Shown: positions 38,041-53,035 of the stretch, piece by piece | Layout: every line of letters starts with the position of its first letter | Position numbering within the stretch: position 1 is the stretch's first letter | Origin: Cetorhinus maximus | Lineage: Eukaryota | Length of the DNA: 64,000 bases | Direction: 5' to 3' | Assembly (NCBI RefSeq): GCF_964194155.1 | Contig: NC_135901.1 | Span: 30,876,001-30,940,000 of the forward strand | The notes under the pieces: generated by a model | What the model was told of the DNA's origin: nothing | Databases searched by the model: none | The model's input: the letters and a program-made list of their open reading frames with translations, nothing else | Made by a program: the position numbers and the translations under genes

Positions 38041-38337
38041 ATATCTCTGTCCTATATTAATTTACTGTCCCCTTAAATGTCAGCCATCTCCTGGGGAAAC
38101 CACCCCTTTAATTGTGAACATTAGGAAAGAGACCATCCTTTTAGCCAGACAAATAAATGTGTCAAGCTGAGGGAGCAAAGGATGTCAACGTCTTTAAGAG
38201 AGAGAGAGACCTGGGCCAACCTTTCCAGAGTCTGCACCCTCCCTGGATTCACTTCCTTTCCCTTCAGTTCCTGCAAGTCAACAATTTCCCCCCAGAATGA
38301 GAAAAGAAATGGAAAGGGGGAGAAAAGAAAGTGTTTT

Positions 38338-38777
38338 ACTCACAGATGTTGGACACAGGAGGAAGTTTTAGTCTGTGTGAAGCTCAGTCTTCATTCACAC
38401 AAAGCCCGCGCTCTGAATGGCTGGAGGACAAGAGTCCTTCCGGTCCTTCAACTCTTCCCATTGGTCGGTCCCTCATCCTGACGAGGGGGGGCGGACTCAC
38501 TCCCCGCACATGCGCAGCTTCCCCTCTCCCGAGTTCTCCGAGCGGCTTCTCGCTCTGGCCGGAGCCTTCAGCCGGTTGCCTGGAAACCTTGACTCGAGGA
38601 GGTGGAGGGGGAACCATGGGTGGGGGCGGGGCTCCCGTGTCCGCGCGCCTGGCCTGCGGACTGGAACCCGAGGACGACATCGCGGAACAGGCAGGGTTCC
38701 CTTGACGACGTCACAATGCGGAAGATGGACAATGACCTTCAGACTAAAACTTCCTCCTCTGGGCAACATCTGTAAGG
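38338..38777. promoter_or_regulatory. Bidirectional promoter module, type A
   Basis: Minus donor at 38338-38343, GGGGCGGGGC, CACATGCGCA, GACGTCA, CGGAAG. Plus donor GTAAGG at 38772. Confidence 0.75.
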
Positions 38778-39092
38778 AAATCAATGTTTCCCCCTTTCGC
38801 TTAATTCATCAAGACAAGAATATTGTTTGCCTTTGAATCTAGATGGAGAAATGTTTGTCCGTTCTGTCAGCTTCAACAGGTTTTAAACATCAGTGTGACT
38901 GGAAAAGCACCGAGACTCACACACCCGAGTGAGAGTGTTTCCAGTGCACTGAGTGTGGAAACAGCTGTCACCAGTTACACAGCCTGAAGAAACATCGCAC
39001 CATTCACAGCGCAGGAGAGACTGTACACGTGTTGTGTATGTGGATCCCTCAGTTAAATACTGAACCTGGAAAGACACGAGGACAACTGCACC

Positions 39093-40019
<927 letters not shown>

Positions 40020-41159
40020 TTACAGGAGTTGGATTCTGCAGTTATTGTTGTTGTTAATCCCATCCAGGACTCAACCATGTTCATTCTGACAGTTGGTGAA
40101 GTGGGAGGGTTGGAGGGTTTCTTTCTGCTGGACTGGCTGGTCTCACGACTATGCTTCTGGTGGGCTGATGCTCTTTGAGCCTGGGAGTGCACATTTCCAC
40201 TGAAATTATCCACAAAAGCTGATCAAGTACATTTTACCCTGTATAGTAAATAATGCTTTTCCTACCACTGCAGGTAGATCTAAAATAAATACCTTGGTCT
40301 CTGTTCCATTGAGTCTACAGCACAGGGCCAGGCCAGTTGGCTCAATTGGTCTATGTCAGTATTTATGCTCCACATGAGCCTCCACCCACCTCTCTTCATC
40401 TCCCCCATCAGCATATCCTTCTATTCCTTTCTCCCTCATGTATGTATCTAGCTTCCCCTTAAATGTATTCATGCTATTCACCTCAACCACTCGCTGTGGT
40501 AGTGAGTTCCACATTCTCACCATTCTCTGGGCAAAGAGGTTTCTCATGAAATCCCTGTTGGATTATTGAACCCCTTCATCATCTTAAAGACTTCCATCAG
40601 GTCACCCTTCAGTCGTCTCTGGTGCTGCTCTTCAGGACTAATTCTGCTTCCCTCCTGTGTCAGAGTCCAGACTCAGGTTGCACTTGCATTTTATCTGCAG
40701 CTTTCATGTGAAGCAAAACCATGACCAGGTACTTGCTCCACAGGGAATGGGCTGCAAACCTATCTCCCGCCCTGCTCGCACAACACGCTGCTACTCTTGC
40801 ATCTTGCTCGTCTATTCCTCCCACCCAAGAAATAGGAGCAGCTGCTCCATCATTAATGAGCTGAGAATTGTGGAAAATCCATTGTCGACTCTGTAGGATA
40901 TCGGATTTAAAACTGGCCTCCGGGATCTCGGAGGGTTTCACAGGGTCACCAGATCTGGGATCCGATTTATTACAAGCGTGGAGCGGTGCACCTTGTGAGT
41001 GCCACAATCTATATTTTCTGTACTTACTGACTCATTATCTATTTCTGTTGATGTTTGCTGATTTAAATATGAAAACATTCTGCAATGTAAGCAGCATTTC
41101 CGATTGGCTAACTGCCTTTGGAGAATGTGTCAGGATTGACGGGGTCTCTCCCACATAGT

Positions 41160-41580
41160 GAATCATAATAAAGCAGCCCTGCTGGATTGGTGTCCCATCC
41201 ACCACCCACACACAGTAGCAGCCAGTGTGTACCATCCACAAGATGCACTGCAGCAACTCCTCAAGGCTCCTTATAAAGCACCTTCCAAACCCATGACCTC
41301 TACCACCTAGAAGGACAAGGGCAGCAGACGCATGGGAACACCACCACCTGCAAGTTCCCCTGCAAGCTATTCACCATCCTGACTTGGAAATATATCCCCG
41401 TTCATTCACTGTCGCTGGCTCAAAATCCTGGAATTTCCTCCCTAACAGCACTGTGGGTGTCCCTACAACACTTGGACTGCTGTGGTTCAAGAAGTGGATC
41501 AAACCACCTTCTTAAGGGTAATTAGGGATGTGCAATAAATGCTGGCCTAGCCAGCGACGCCCACATCCCATTAAAGAACA
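41160..41580 (+). mobile_element. Non-LTR retrotransposon 3' end
   Basis: TIHKMHCSNS...KSWNFLPN remnants and a caataaatgctggcctagccagcgacgcccacatccc end. Clade uncertain. Confidence 0.55.
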
Positions 41581-41767
41581 GAAATAGTCTTTGGTTCTGA
41601 GCTGCTCCCCATGACAAACTAGGCCACGCTGCCCCATTCAGTAACTTGAATACACCCATTATCTGTTCACCTCTTCCTGAGCCTGACTGGCTTCTGCTGC
41701 CTTGCTCTGTGTGGAGATTCTCACTGACCATTTCTGGTCACTTTCCTCGCCAGGCACCAAACGAGAA

Positions 41768-44700
41768 TGTTAACATTCCGGTCGGGACTGTTAGTGTTTA
41801 AGAGAGAAATCTCAACACCCAGTAATTAACTGAAAGAACTAGGCCACAAAATTTCATGTTTATAAACAAATACAAACTTTATTGTTTGTGATCCAAATAA
41901 AAATTAAACAAATTAAGCAGTCCTACCTTTACACTATAGTTTATATCTGCGTATGCTATGAATCCAGTTTTTCTTTTACTCCCTCCCCAAGAGTTCCCTT
42001 ACCATACAAAATACTGAAGGTTCATTCACTTTCCTTAGGGAACAACCCAAAGGTATGCCACAGCCCTCTGGAATTTACTTCGATTTGTCCCCAGTTTCCC
42101 AGCCTGGCACTCAGACTTCCAGAGTTCTTTCTCTCTGTGGGGATTCCACTGCCTTCTTGAGCTGACTTTGGACAGACCAAATGCTTTTTCCCAGTCGGCT
42201 CCCACAGCTCCTTCACAGCTCTGTCCAAGCTCACTGTTCAAGCTGACTGCTTTCTGCCTCAAGCCTTTCACCCTGGGGACCAGTGGAAATTTCTTCCTCC
42301 AGCTTCAAGCTGGGTAAATCTTCCAGTCTTTTTCCCTCTCACACAAACTCCAAGTGAGCTGCAGCCTCCACAAGACCAACAACTCATTCTTATGTTGGTC
42401 AAAATCTTCCTTGGCCACTTTGAGAATATCACTCAGATGCTTTTTATGTTCAAGCAGAAACGTTTGATGTTCTTGTTTGGTCTGATCTTTAAACAATTTG
42501 TAATCTTTCAGTTTTTCCTCATCCTGTTCAGGGTTAATTTTATTTAACTCTTTGTGGGTGATGTTGACAGCTTCTCCATTTTGGAATTTTATTTTTCCTT
42601 CTAACACTGAGTCTTCCACTCAATTCACAAACCACATCATTTTGAGGTTTTAAATGGTCTTTTGTGAACAGTTCCTTTGTCTGAACTCCTGCTGTTGTAT
42701 CCTGTACTGTTTCTGCACTGGCAGGCACATTTCATTCAACGTTAGGTGTTATTAACCCCCAGGGTCACTGAGGTCTTAGTCCTTTCTGTTGAGAATTTTT
42801 AATTTGAGTTTCTGCAGACACATTTGCTGCCTCTGTACTGTCCATTACTGGGATGGACATCTGTATTTTTACTTGAATCAGTCCCTTTCCCAGCTCGATT
42901 ACAAATAGGCAAGGGAACTTTCACTCAAGGGATAACATCTGAACTGTGGCACACCGGCCCAGGTTGTGGAAACACTATCCTGCTCACTATATAATTTCCC
43001 AATATAAAATCCGTGTGATTAATTTGGAAACAACACCAACAGTAACAGACTCCTTTACCAGATCACAATTTCAATTCACTCTAAACAATGGGGATAGACA
43101 CACACTTCCCATCAATACCCTGTATTAATACATTTTTATTCACTGAAAATTTTGAACAAAGGTCTTAATTTTTTACTAACAATCAGCTCTGAGCTAAACC
43201 AGTATCTCTCAGGATAACAATCTTTTTAGGCTCTTTCATGGACAAAAATTTGTTGACTTCCCCTTCAAATATAAGTCCTTCATAATCCCTCATGTGTCTA
43301 TTGTCACCCATGGTAAATACATTAGAAGGTATTTATTTCTCACAAGCTTCCCTCTTTGGTACACCTTCATTTGCCAAAACCACGGGTTTACTTTTTAATC
43401 TCCAACAATTAGCTTTTAAATGTCCAACCCAATGTCAATGAAAACATATCGGTCCTTTTGATTCACTTGCATCTTCTGCACTATCTTTTTGACCACTGTG
43501 GGGAGAATCTTTTGTTTCATTTCTGCTATCTCTTTCACTCTAAATAGAGTCCGATTCATTGTCATGCGATTTAACTCTCCTGCTCCTGTATGGGTTTGCA
43601 ACCAATAGTTTGCTGTCACCTTGGTGTCTGTGAGTCAAATCACTGCTACCAGCTAAAACAGCAGCTTCTCTTTTATAAAAAAAATCCTGTGGTCCTCCAG
43701 GTGTGTCCTAATAGTTAAAGGAACACTATTTTTAAATTCTTCCATTGATACCACTTCCCTCACATTTTTCAAACTCTGTTCAATTTCCACTGCTCGAAAC
43801 CACCTGTCGAACAACATTTCAATTTCCTTCGCAAATTCTAGGAATGGTTGCATCTATCTTTTCCTCAAAGACTGAACTTTTAATTGATAAACTTTGACAA
43901 CAAGTTCCTCTGCATTAATTACCACAGATTTAATCATCTCATAATCTGAAGAATGCTCTTCTTGAATAAACATCCATTTTTTTCCCATCAACACACTTTG
44001 CAAAATAAGAGTCCATGTCTCTTTTGGAAACCCTAACCTTGAAGCAACTTTATCAAATGAGATGAAATATTTTCCAATTCCATCCTCAGTGAAATTAGGC
44101 ACTAGGCAAATAGAGCAAGATCAAAACTCAAAGTGGAACTTCACCCCTTGTCTAAACTATTAGGTCCTGTTTCACACTGTTTAATTCTTTTCTCTCTTTG
44201 AAGCTCTCTGTCTCTTTTTTTTGATCTCTTTCTTCCCTTTCTAGTTTTCTCTTTGGCGTTCTCATTCAAACTTCCGCAATTCCATTTCTTTTGATCTTTT
44301 TCATTTTCCTGGCTTTCAAGTTCGAGTTTTTGCTTTTCTCTATCCCTTTGGGATTCTTATTCAAGTTGTTTCATCTGAATTCTAGGCAACTCAACTGGAT
44401 TGTTAGCTGGATGAGGCTTTCCTTTTACAAATTCCAAATGCTGTGCTATTGCCTCAACTATTTCTGCTTTATTAACTGTATCAATTGTTGCAAAACACCC
44501 AGGGACAAACCTTCTCCCTCAAGACATATTAGCAATTAACAAAGCCATTCTGCTTCTCAATAAATACATTAAAGTTTACCATGAAATCTGGTTGGCCCAA
44601 ATTTTTGCAAAGCCTAGTGCACCAGTATCAGTCGGTGGATTCAAAATCTTAGAGGAGCCCCAATTTTGTTATGATCCTGGTGGGGACCATTTATGTTTAA

Positions 44701-45712
44701 AAATAAATTCAAACCCACAATAATTAACTGAAGGAACTGCAGCACACCATTTCACAAACTTAATTGTATGTAAAAAAACATTAAAAATTAAGCACTACTA
44801 ACTTAACAGTACAGGCGGGATTTTCCGGTCCTGCCCACCACAGAACCAAAAATTCCCACCGGAATCAACAGATCTTTTCCATCCCACCCGTAACAATTCC
44901 AGCGGCGGGGAAACTGCGTTCCACTTTTTAGCTCTACCCTAGAGTTCTCTGATATGTTACGATACCTTGAAGGTTATTCACCTTTCCAACCAACGGACAT
45001 GCCACAGCCCTCTGGAATTCACTTTGGCTTCTGCCCAGTGTTCCACCTTCTCTGAGATACAAGATTTCCTCGGCATCTTTCCTTTGGCTTTTGGATAATC
45101 GACCTGTCAAAGTTTCTTTAAGACTTCACGACTGTGGATTCCTCAGCTCAAGATTAAGTTAAGATTGGGGATCAAAGGTTACGGGGAAAAGGCAGGAGAA
45201 TGGGGTTGAGAAACTTATCAGCCATGATTGAATGGCAGAGCAGACTCGATGGGCCGAATGGCTTAATTTCTGCTCCTATGTCTTATGGTCTTAAGTTTCA
45301 CTGCGCTCCTGCCCTGAATTTCCACTCATTGATTTTCCCTCTAGCTGTTCTGACATCTCGTTCACAACTCTTTCCAAGCTAACTGTTCAAGCTGGCTCCT
45401 TTCTGTCACGAGGGTAACTTCCTTACACTGTGAGGACCACTGTAGGTTTCTTCCTTGAGCTCCAAGCTAGGTAAACTCTCCAGCCTTCTCTCCCCTCACC
45501 AATTCCAAGTCAGCTGCAAACTACACAACTACCTTCTGTGAGAAACACCCAGATAAATTAAATAAAAGAACCTTCGAACCACCACAGCCCCATCTCCATG
45601 ACAGTTGGGAGGTTCCAAACAGAAATGCAAACAAAATGTATTTTAGCTTCAAATGTCCTTTGATTCTGTGATCCATGTGAAATATGAAATTAGATTTTCG
45701 CTAAAATAAACA
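41768..45712 (-). mobile_element. Internally deleted Gmr1-like LTR retrotransposon with SCAN-type gag
   Basis: 5' LTR about 44667-45712, then TGGGGCTCCTC (tRNA-Pro-like PBS, 44652-44662). Gag motifs PNFTED..YFISFDKVA...WTLILQSVL and LFDRW...REVVSMEEFKN. Protease ILRDTG at about 43200. 3' LTR ends TTAACA at 41768. No RT seen. Confidence 0.78.
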
Positions 45713-45864
45713 GCATCAGCCCACTGGAAGAAAAGTTGTGAGACCGGCCAGTCCAGCAGAAATAAACTCTCCGACCCTCCCACTTCACCAACTGTCAGAA
45801 TGAACATGGTTCAGTCCTGGATGTGATTAACAGGAGCAATAACAGCAGAATCCAACTCCTGGAA

Positions 45865-46624
<760 letters not shown>

Positions 46625-47797
46625 GATGCGGGTGTCCTTGTAACTCTCCAGGTTCTACCATCAGTTGAAGCCTCATTCATGCACAAACCACATATACGGT
46701 CCTTCCCCGCTATGAATGGTGCAATATTTATTCAGGATGTGTAAATGGTTAAAAACTCTTTCCACAGCACTGGAACACTCTCACTCGGGTGTGTCTCTGT
46801 CTCCGTGCTTTTCTGGTCACACCGATGTTTAAAATCTCTTCAAGCAGACAGAACAGATAAATATTTCTCCTTCTAGATGCAAAGGCCAATGATATTCATG
46901 TCCCGATGAATTGAGTGACTCTGTCAGATCGTGATGTGTCGTTTGGTTTGATGTTTCTGCTTTCAAATCCTCTCCTTCTGACATCCTGTAACAGGAGTTT
47001 ACAAAAGTCATCACTGTCAGTACAGGATAGAAATTCAGAACAGACAATTCTAGTTTCTATGGAACATTCTTTCCCCTCTCGTTCCCCAAAAGCTGTAAAT
47101 TTCCATCCCACACCCATTTCCTTCATTCTCACTCTGCTGTACCTAATATATACCCTCCCAATTCTACTGAAGGTGTCAATTCATGCCGATCGACAGATCC
47201 ATGCATCGCACTTTATATATATTTGGTAGATGAAAAATGTGTGCTATATACAGTACTGTATTACTTGATTAGAGATATATCAAGGATGTGAGGAAGAACT
47301 TTATTTAGGCAGTGAGTGGTCATCAACTGGAACTCGCTACCTATGAGGATGGTGGAAGTGGAGCTGATCAATGATTTTAAAACACAAGTGTCTGGTCACA
47401 TAAAGGAAATAAACTTGAAGGAAATAAACAAATAAACTTGCAGGGAAATGGGGATGTAGAGGGGAAATGAGACTAACTGGATTGCTCTACAGAGAGTCGG
47501 ACTTGAGTTTCTGAGTGGACTCTTTCTGTGTTGTAATGACTGGAAAGTTAAAACATAGCTACAGAACCATATTACAATACAATACCAGAAATAATAATAA
47601 ATGTATTTTATTACAGAATTCATAAATAATATATCTAATATGTACCACATAACAACACTAGACATATCTCTGTTGTTACAATCCCCGTGGAGACAAATAA
47701 CCTCAAAATGAGAAAATTTTACTGTAACAAACTAAAATCAACAATTTCCCCCCAGAATGAGAAAAGAAATGGAAAGGGGGAGAAAAGAAAGTGTTTT

Positions 47798-48662
47798 ACT
47801 CACAGATGTTGGACACAGGAGGAAGTTTTAGTCTGTGTGAAGCTCAATCTTCATTCACACAAAGCCCGCGCTCTGATTGGCTGGAGGATCAGAGTCCTTC
47901 CGGTCCTCCAACTCTTCCCATTGGTCAGTCCCCTGTATGCTGACAATGAGGGACAAGATGCTGTGCCCAAGTAGCCAATGGGAAAATCTGGAGAACCGGA
48001 AGAGCACTGCTCATCCAACCAATCAGACTGCGGATCTTGTTCTGGTCCCCGCCTCTCTCCCTCTGACATAGAACCATAGAACACTACAGCACAGAAAAAC
48101 AGGCCATACGGCCCTTCTAGTCTGTGCCGAAATATTATTCCGCTAGTCCCATTGACTTGCACCTAGTCCATAACCCTCCAGACCTCTCCCATCCATGTAT
48201 CTATCTAATTTATTCTTAAGACTTAAGAGTGAGCCCGCATTTACCACGTCAGATGGCAGCTCGTTCCACACTCCCACCACTCTCTGAGTGAAGAGGTTCC
48301 CCCTAATGTTCCCCCTAAACCTTTCCCCTTTCACCCTAAAGCCATGTTCTCTCGTGTTTATCTCTCCTAATCTAAGTGGAGAGAGCCTGCGCAGTCCCAG
48401 GCCGCCCGCCCGCGCAGCGGATAAAGCGGTTTCCCCAGCGCGGGGGATTGTGGGAGCTTCGGCCGCCATTACTCATCCAGAGCCCAGACTCCAAATTCCT
48501 GGGACTGGGATGGAAAGTGGGGGTGGGGGGTGCAGTGACCCCGCCCCGACACAAAGTACATGTGGGTAGTCACTGACGTCCCCTTAGCAAAACAGTTTGC
48601 TAACTTCAGGTGTAAAGATTTAGACACCTGGGTGACATATTGGGGAGGGCAATAGGTGAATG
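47798..48662. promoter_or_regulatory. Bidirectional promoter module, type B, interrupted by CR1
   Basis: Minus donor at 47798-47803, four CCAAT/ATTGG boxes, GC box, ZNF143-like GATTGTGGGAG. Plus donor-like GTGAAT at 48656. Confidence 0.7.
48067..48386 (-). mobile_element. CR1 3' fragment inside the promoter
   Basis: TREHGFRVKGERFRGNIRGNLFTQRVVGVWNELP. Tail ttctatggttctatg. Confidence 0.88.
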
Positions 48663-48889
48663 TGAAACTGAACCCGGGAGTCAGCACCTTCAGGGAAGGA
48701 GAATTGGGGAAATGCAGGAGGTGGATAGTACGATCAATTGGGGTTACTACCAATAGGGAGAATCGAGTATGTGGGGGACAGAGATTTCAAGTTTGAGAGG
48801 GAAAAGGATTTTCTTTGTCAACTAGAATATCAGTTTCAAATTTCTATTGTGTATTTACTACAATGGCTTTTGTAAACACCTTTTAAAGT

Positions 48890-49580
48890 GCAATGGAGAG
48901 GGAGGATTTGCAGATGGGAAAATCAAACCAAGCATCACGTAATGATTTGACAGAGCCATTTGATTCAGCAGGGCCTGATGGTCATCAGCGATTGAATATG
49001 GGAGGAGAAATGTTTGTCTGTTCGAAAATACTTCAAACATCATTGTGACTGAAAGAGCATCGAGACAAACACAACCATGAGAGAGTGTTCCACTGCACTG
49101 ACTGTGGAAAGAGCTTTAACCAGTTACACAGCCTGAAAAGACCATTTCCAGCAGGAAGAGACCATGTATATGAGGCTTCAGAAGATTGTTGAAATTGAAG
49201 ACACACAAGGGCACCTGCACCAGGGAGAAACTGTGGAAGTGTGGGGACCGTGCAACAGAATTCTATTTCCCCTCTGCACCCCACATATCTGTGCCGGAAA
49301 CTCATCAATGCCAGGGACATGCCATTCACCTGATCTGAGTGGGAATGGATTCACTCAGCTTCACTCGCACCTGCTTTTAGACCAGTGAGATCACACTGTG
49401 AAGAGGCTGTTCACCTGTTCGGTTTGTGGGAAACAATCAGTGATCCATCCAACCTGCTCTTTGCATGTCGCAGTGCAGATTTCCACTGAAATGATTCACA
49501 AAAGCTGATGAAGTACATTTATTTTATCCTGGATAGTAAATAGTGTTTTTCCTACCACTACAGGTAGATCCAAATTAAAT
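48890..49580 (+). pseudogene. Heavily decayed ZNF unit
   Basis: Recognisable leader, no ATG (acc-AGG-gag), about 3 broken fingers, distal 3' UTR. Confidence 0.8.
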
Positions 49581-52227
49581 ACATTTGTCTTGTTCCACTG
49601 TGTCTACAGCAGAGGGCCAGGCCAGTCGGCTCAATTGGTCTATGTCAGTATTTATGCTCCACATGAGCCTCCACCCACCCCTCTTCATCTCCCCCCCATC
49701 AGCATATCCTTTCTCCCTCATGTATGTATCGAGATTCCCCCTAAATGTATTCATGCTATTCACCTCAACCACTCGATGTGGTAGTGAGTTCCACATTCTC
49801 ACCACTCGCTGGGTAAAAAGGTTTCTCATCAAATCCCTGTTGGATTATTGAACCCCGTCATTATCTTAAAGACTTCCATCAGGTTACCCTTCAGTCGTCT
49901 CTTTTCTAGAGAAAAGCAGCCCCAGCCTTTCCTGAAGGTTAAATGCTCTCAGTTTCTGGTATTATTCTTGTGAATCTTTGTTGCCCCTTCTCCAGTGCCT
50001 CTATTTCCTTTTTCTAAATGGAGATCAGAAAATGTTGACAGTGCTCCCAGTGTAGTCTAACCATGGTTCAAAACAATTTGAATATAACCTCCCTGTTTTT
50101 CAATTCTATCCCTCCAGAATGGAACCCTATATCTGGGACCCACATTTTAGGAAAGATGTGAAGTTCTTAGAGAGGGTGCAGGGCAGATTCACGAGAATGG
50201 CACCAGGGATGAAGGACGTCATTTAGTTGGAGAGACTGGTGCAGCTGAAATTATTTTATTTTGACCATCGTGACATTAGGAGAGAGGAGGCCATTCATCG
50301 CATTGAGTCCATGCCAGCTCTCCATGGAGCCGCCTGTTAAGTTAGCACCCGCCTTTCTTCCTTCCTGCCTGTTCACCAAAAACCACCACCTCCCCCCGCC
50401 CCCGCCCCATTCCCAAAGCTGCCCAAACCCACCCGGCCCAATACCCCGGACGTATCTTGCTCCAGGATTCCGGACGTATCTTGCTCCAGGATTCATTGCA
50501 CCTTCTTGGAACCGATTGCAGTCCTGGAAGTGCCCTAATGCCCTCTTGGCACGGCTTGGAATGCCGGAACTAGTGCCCAATTCGATTGGCGAGTGGCTCC
50601 TGAGGGCGTGACTCCCTCCCCAGCAAAGGGCAGAAGTCCTGGAAGTCTCACCCTGCCCCTGCTGAACCCGCCCGCAGTGTGTTCTGGCTGCGGGGTGATC
50701 TGGTGTGCAGCGAGTCGGCTTCCTTAAAGTCATAGCATCATTACGGCACAGAAGAAGTCCATTCGGCAACCGGAATATGCATCGATTTTCTGTGGAGCAT
50801 TCAGTCAGTCCCATTCCCCCTCTGTTCCCCATAACCCTGCAAGTTGATTTCCTTCAAGTGCCTATCCAATTTCATTTTGAAATCACTTATTTCCCTTTCC
50901 ACCACCCTTGTTGGCAGCGAGTTACAGATCATGACCACTCTATGCCTAAATAAAGTTCTTCCTCACATCCCCTTCCCACTGTATCTTTGAGAAATACAGT
51001 ACTGTACATCACTCATTTTCAGTCCAGTTATACGTACATGTATATATATATATGTGTGTGGAGATATACAGCCTGCATAAAGAATTTCAGATCTCTCTGT
51101 CCAGGACATGAAGCTGGATTTTAAATCTTTGACAAGAAGGATGAGCAAATTGTCTGTGTGTAGCTGAAAGACAATTTGCATTTTTTCTCTGATTCTTATC
51201 ACCTGATGCCATTAATCCTTCTCAAACACTCTGATGAGAAACATCAGGTATTGTTAAGGGGAGACGATAATGTCCTGATTGAGGAAACTGCAGGTCCACT
51301 GACTTTCCAAAATCAGTTGCCTTATCTTGCTCCATGTCCAGTTGCATTTGTGCCTTTTTCATGGAAGGTTTAGTCAACAGGAAGGGTATCTCACTAGAGT
51401 TTACACCAGTCCTGATAAAGTGGCTGACTCCAGCTAGTTTGCATGAAAACACAACTTTTTTTAGTGACTTGAATGTGTTCACATCACCAAAATTAAACAA
51501 GTAGAACTTTCATACTCCTTAACCCTGTGTCGATCCTCACTATGAGGTGAATCTGGGTAACATTTTCACCAATCTGATCCACATACTGTCGAGGTGTAGC
51601 CACTGTCTAACACAGCACAGTTGAATGAGTCTGTCACTAACACACTCATCACTGGACCAAAGCTCCTTGTGACTAGTACAATTCCTTCAAAGTGATCATC
51701 ATCATCATCTTCAGCCTCAGAATTCTCTGTATCATGTGTCACTTCGAAGACCCTGATTTTCCACTTTGGGCAGTTCATCACATAATGATATTTTGAGTCA
51801 GACCTGAAACACCTGTTAACTGTTCCCTGGACATTCCTGGAGTTCATTCACCTATTAGTGCTGTTCCAATCCTGTTTTTTGTTGTGTTATCCAGATCTGC
51901 TAAAGATGCTTTCGTCCTCATTCGAAACCTGTCAAAGTCCAACTATGCTTCATAGGCATCCAATAGATCATCTTTCTCGTAAATCTCATCAATGAACCCG
52001 AATAGAAGATCCAAACCTTCATCAGTATCCAACTGACAGGCATCCAGCTCAATAAATACTTTTCTTCTGATTTTATTTTTGTTGGGAAGTGACGATGCCA
52101 AGACCAGACCTTGTTTCCTCCTTGGTAGGGACGTAACCCGTGTCCACATCTCCACTTCATTCTTCCACTGGTCGTGTGGCTCAGACTCCGAGAACATCGG
52201 CGGGTAATCAGACCCTGACAATTTCCA

Positions 52228-52372
52228 TAATATAAAAGCAAATTACTGCAGATGCTGGAAATATGACACAAAAACAGAAAGGGTTGGAAAAACTCAGCTG
52301 ATATAGCAGCATCTGTGGAGAGAGAAACAGAGTTAACCTTTTGAGTCCGTATGGCCCTTTTTCAGAGCAATT
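52228..52372 (-). mobile_element. 145-bp Penelope terminal insertion with a decayed hammerhead
   Basis: 15-bp TSD CCCTGACAATTTCCA at 52213 and 52373. Homologous to 37891-38040. Confidence 0.85.
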
Positions 52373-52609
52373 CCCTGACAATTTCCACTTATTTTCAGCC
52401 ATTTCTCACAAAAGCTACTCGGATTGTAAGCTTCTGACTGAAATTTTATTTTCATTTAGTTTCCAACCTCGACTATTAGACAAGTATTCTCTGTTACCAC
52501 GTTATAATCCTGACAGCCTGATGGTGAAGAAACTGGAGCCAGTCTTTACTTTGGATGGATTTATTCACAGAGTGAAACATTACAGGTAATGGCCTCCTGA
52601 CGACACCCC

Positions 52610-52903
52610 GCTGTGAGACAGTAACTCTTTCGAGTACATTCACAGTTCTTGGTTTCCGGGAGTGGGACATGAACCCACAACCTTCTGATTCAAAGACGAG
52701 GGTGCTATGAACTGAGCCACAGCTGACACCTCCTGCTGTGAGGCAGTAACTCTTTCGAGTTATCAACAGATCGCATGTAACTCTTTCGAGTACATTCACA
52801 GTTCTTGGTTTCCGGGAGTGGGACATGAACCCACAACCTTCTGATTCAAAGGCGAGGGTGCTATGAACTGAGCCACAACTGACACCTCCTGCTGTGAGGC
52901 AGT
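52610..52903 (-). repeat. Tandem duplication of a tRNA-SINE head inside the copia LTR
   Basis: About 127-bp near-identical units at 52621-52748 and 52777-52903. Minus strand TGGCTCAG...GGGTTCATGTCCC. Confidence 0.75.
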
Positions 52904-53035
52904 AGTTGCCTATCTATATGTGCTCAAGTAACCATCCAATAAATGCCCTCCACCTGTATATATTTTACCTCAATTGACACAATTAACACCCATAGTCCAA
53001 GCAGGTTGATTAACCAAGTGAATCCCTTTTCACAC

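Larger units (their letters stand above)
51110..52988 (-). mobile_element. Ty1/copia-type 5' part (LTR 52500-52988, PBS, gag, protease, start of integrase)
   Basis: ORFs 51943-52221, 51566-51847 and 51222-51500 are paralogous to 1738-2580. PBS TGGTAACAGAG at 52489-52499. Confidence 0.82.

Noticed and set aside
50446-50493. 24-bp perfect tandem duplication in a GC-rich segment (50320-50720)
   Set aside because: A local slippage duplication in an unidentified, probably repeat-derived segment. There is no support for a gene.
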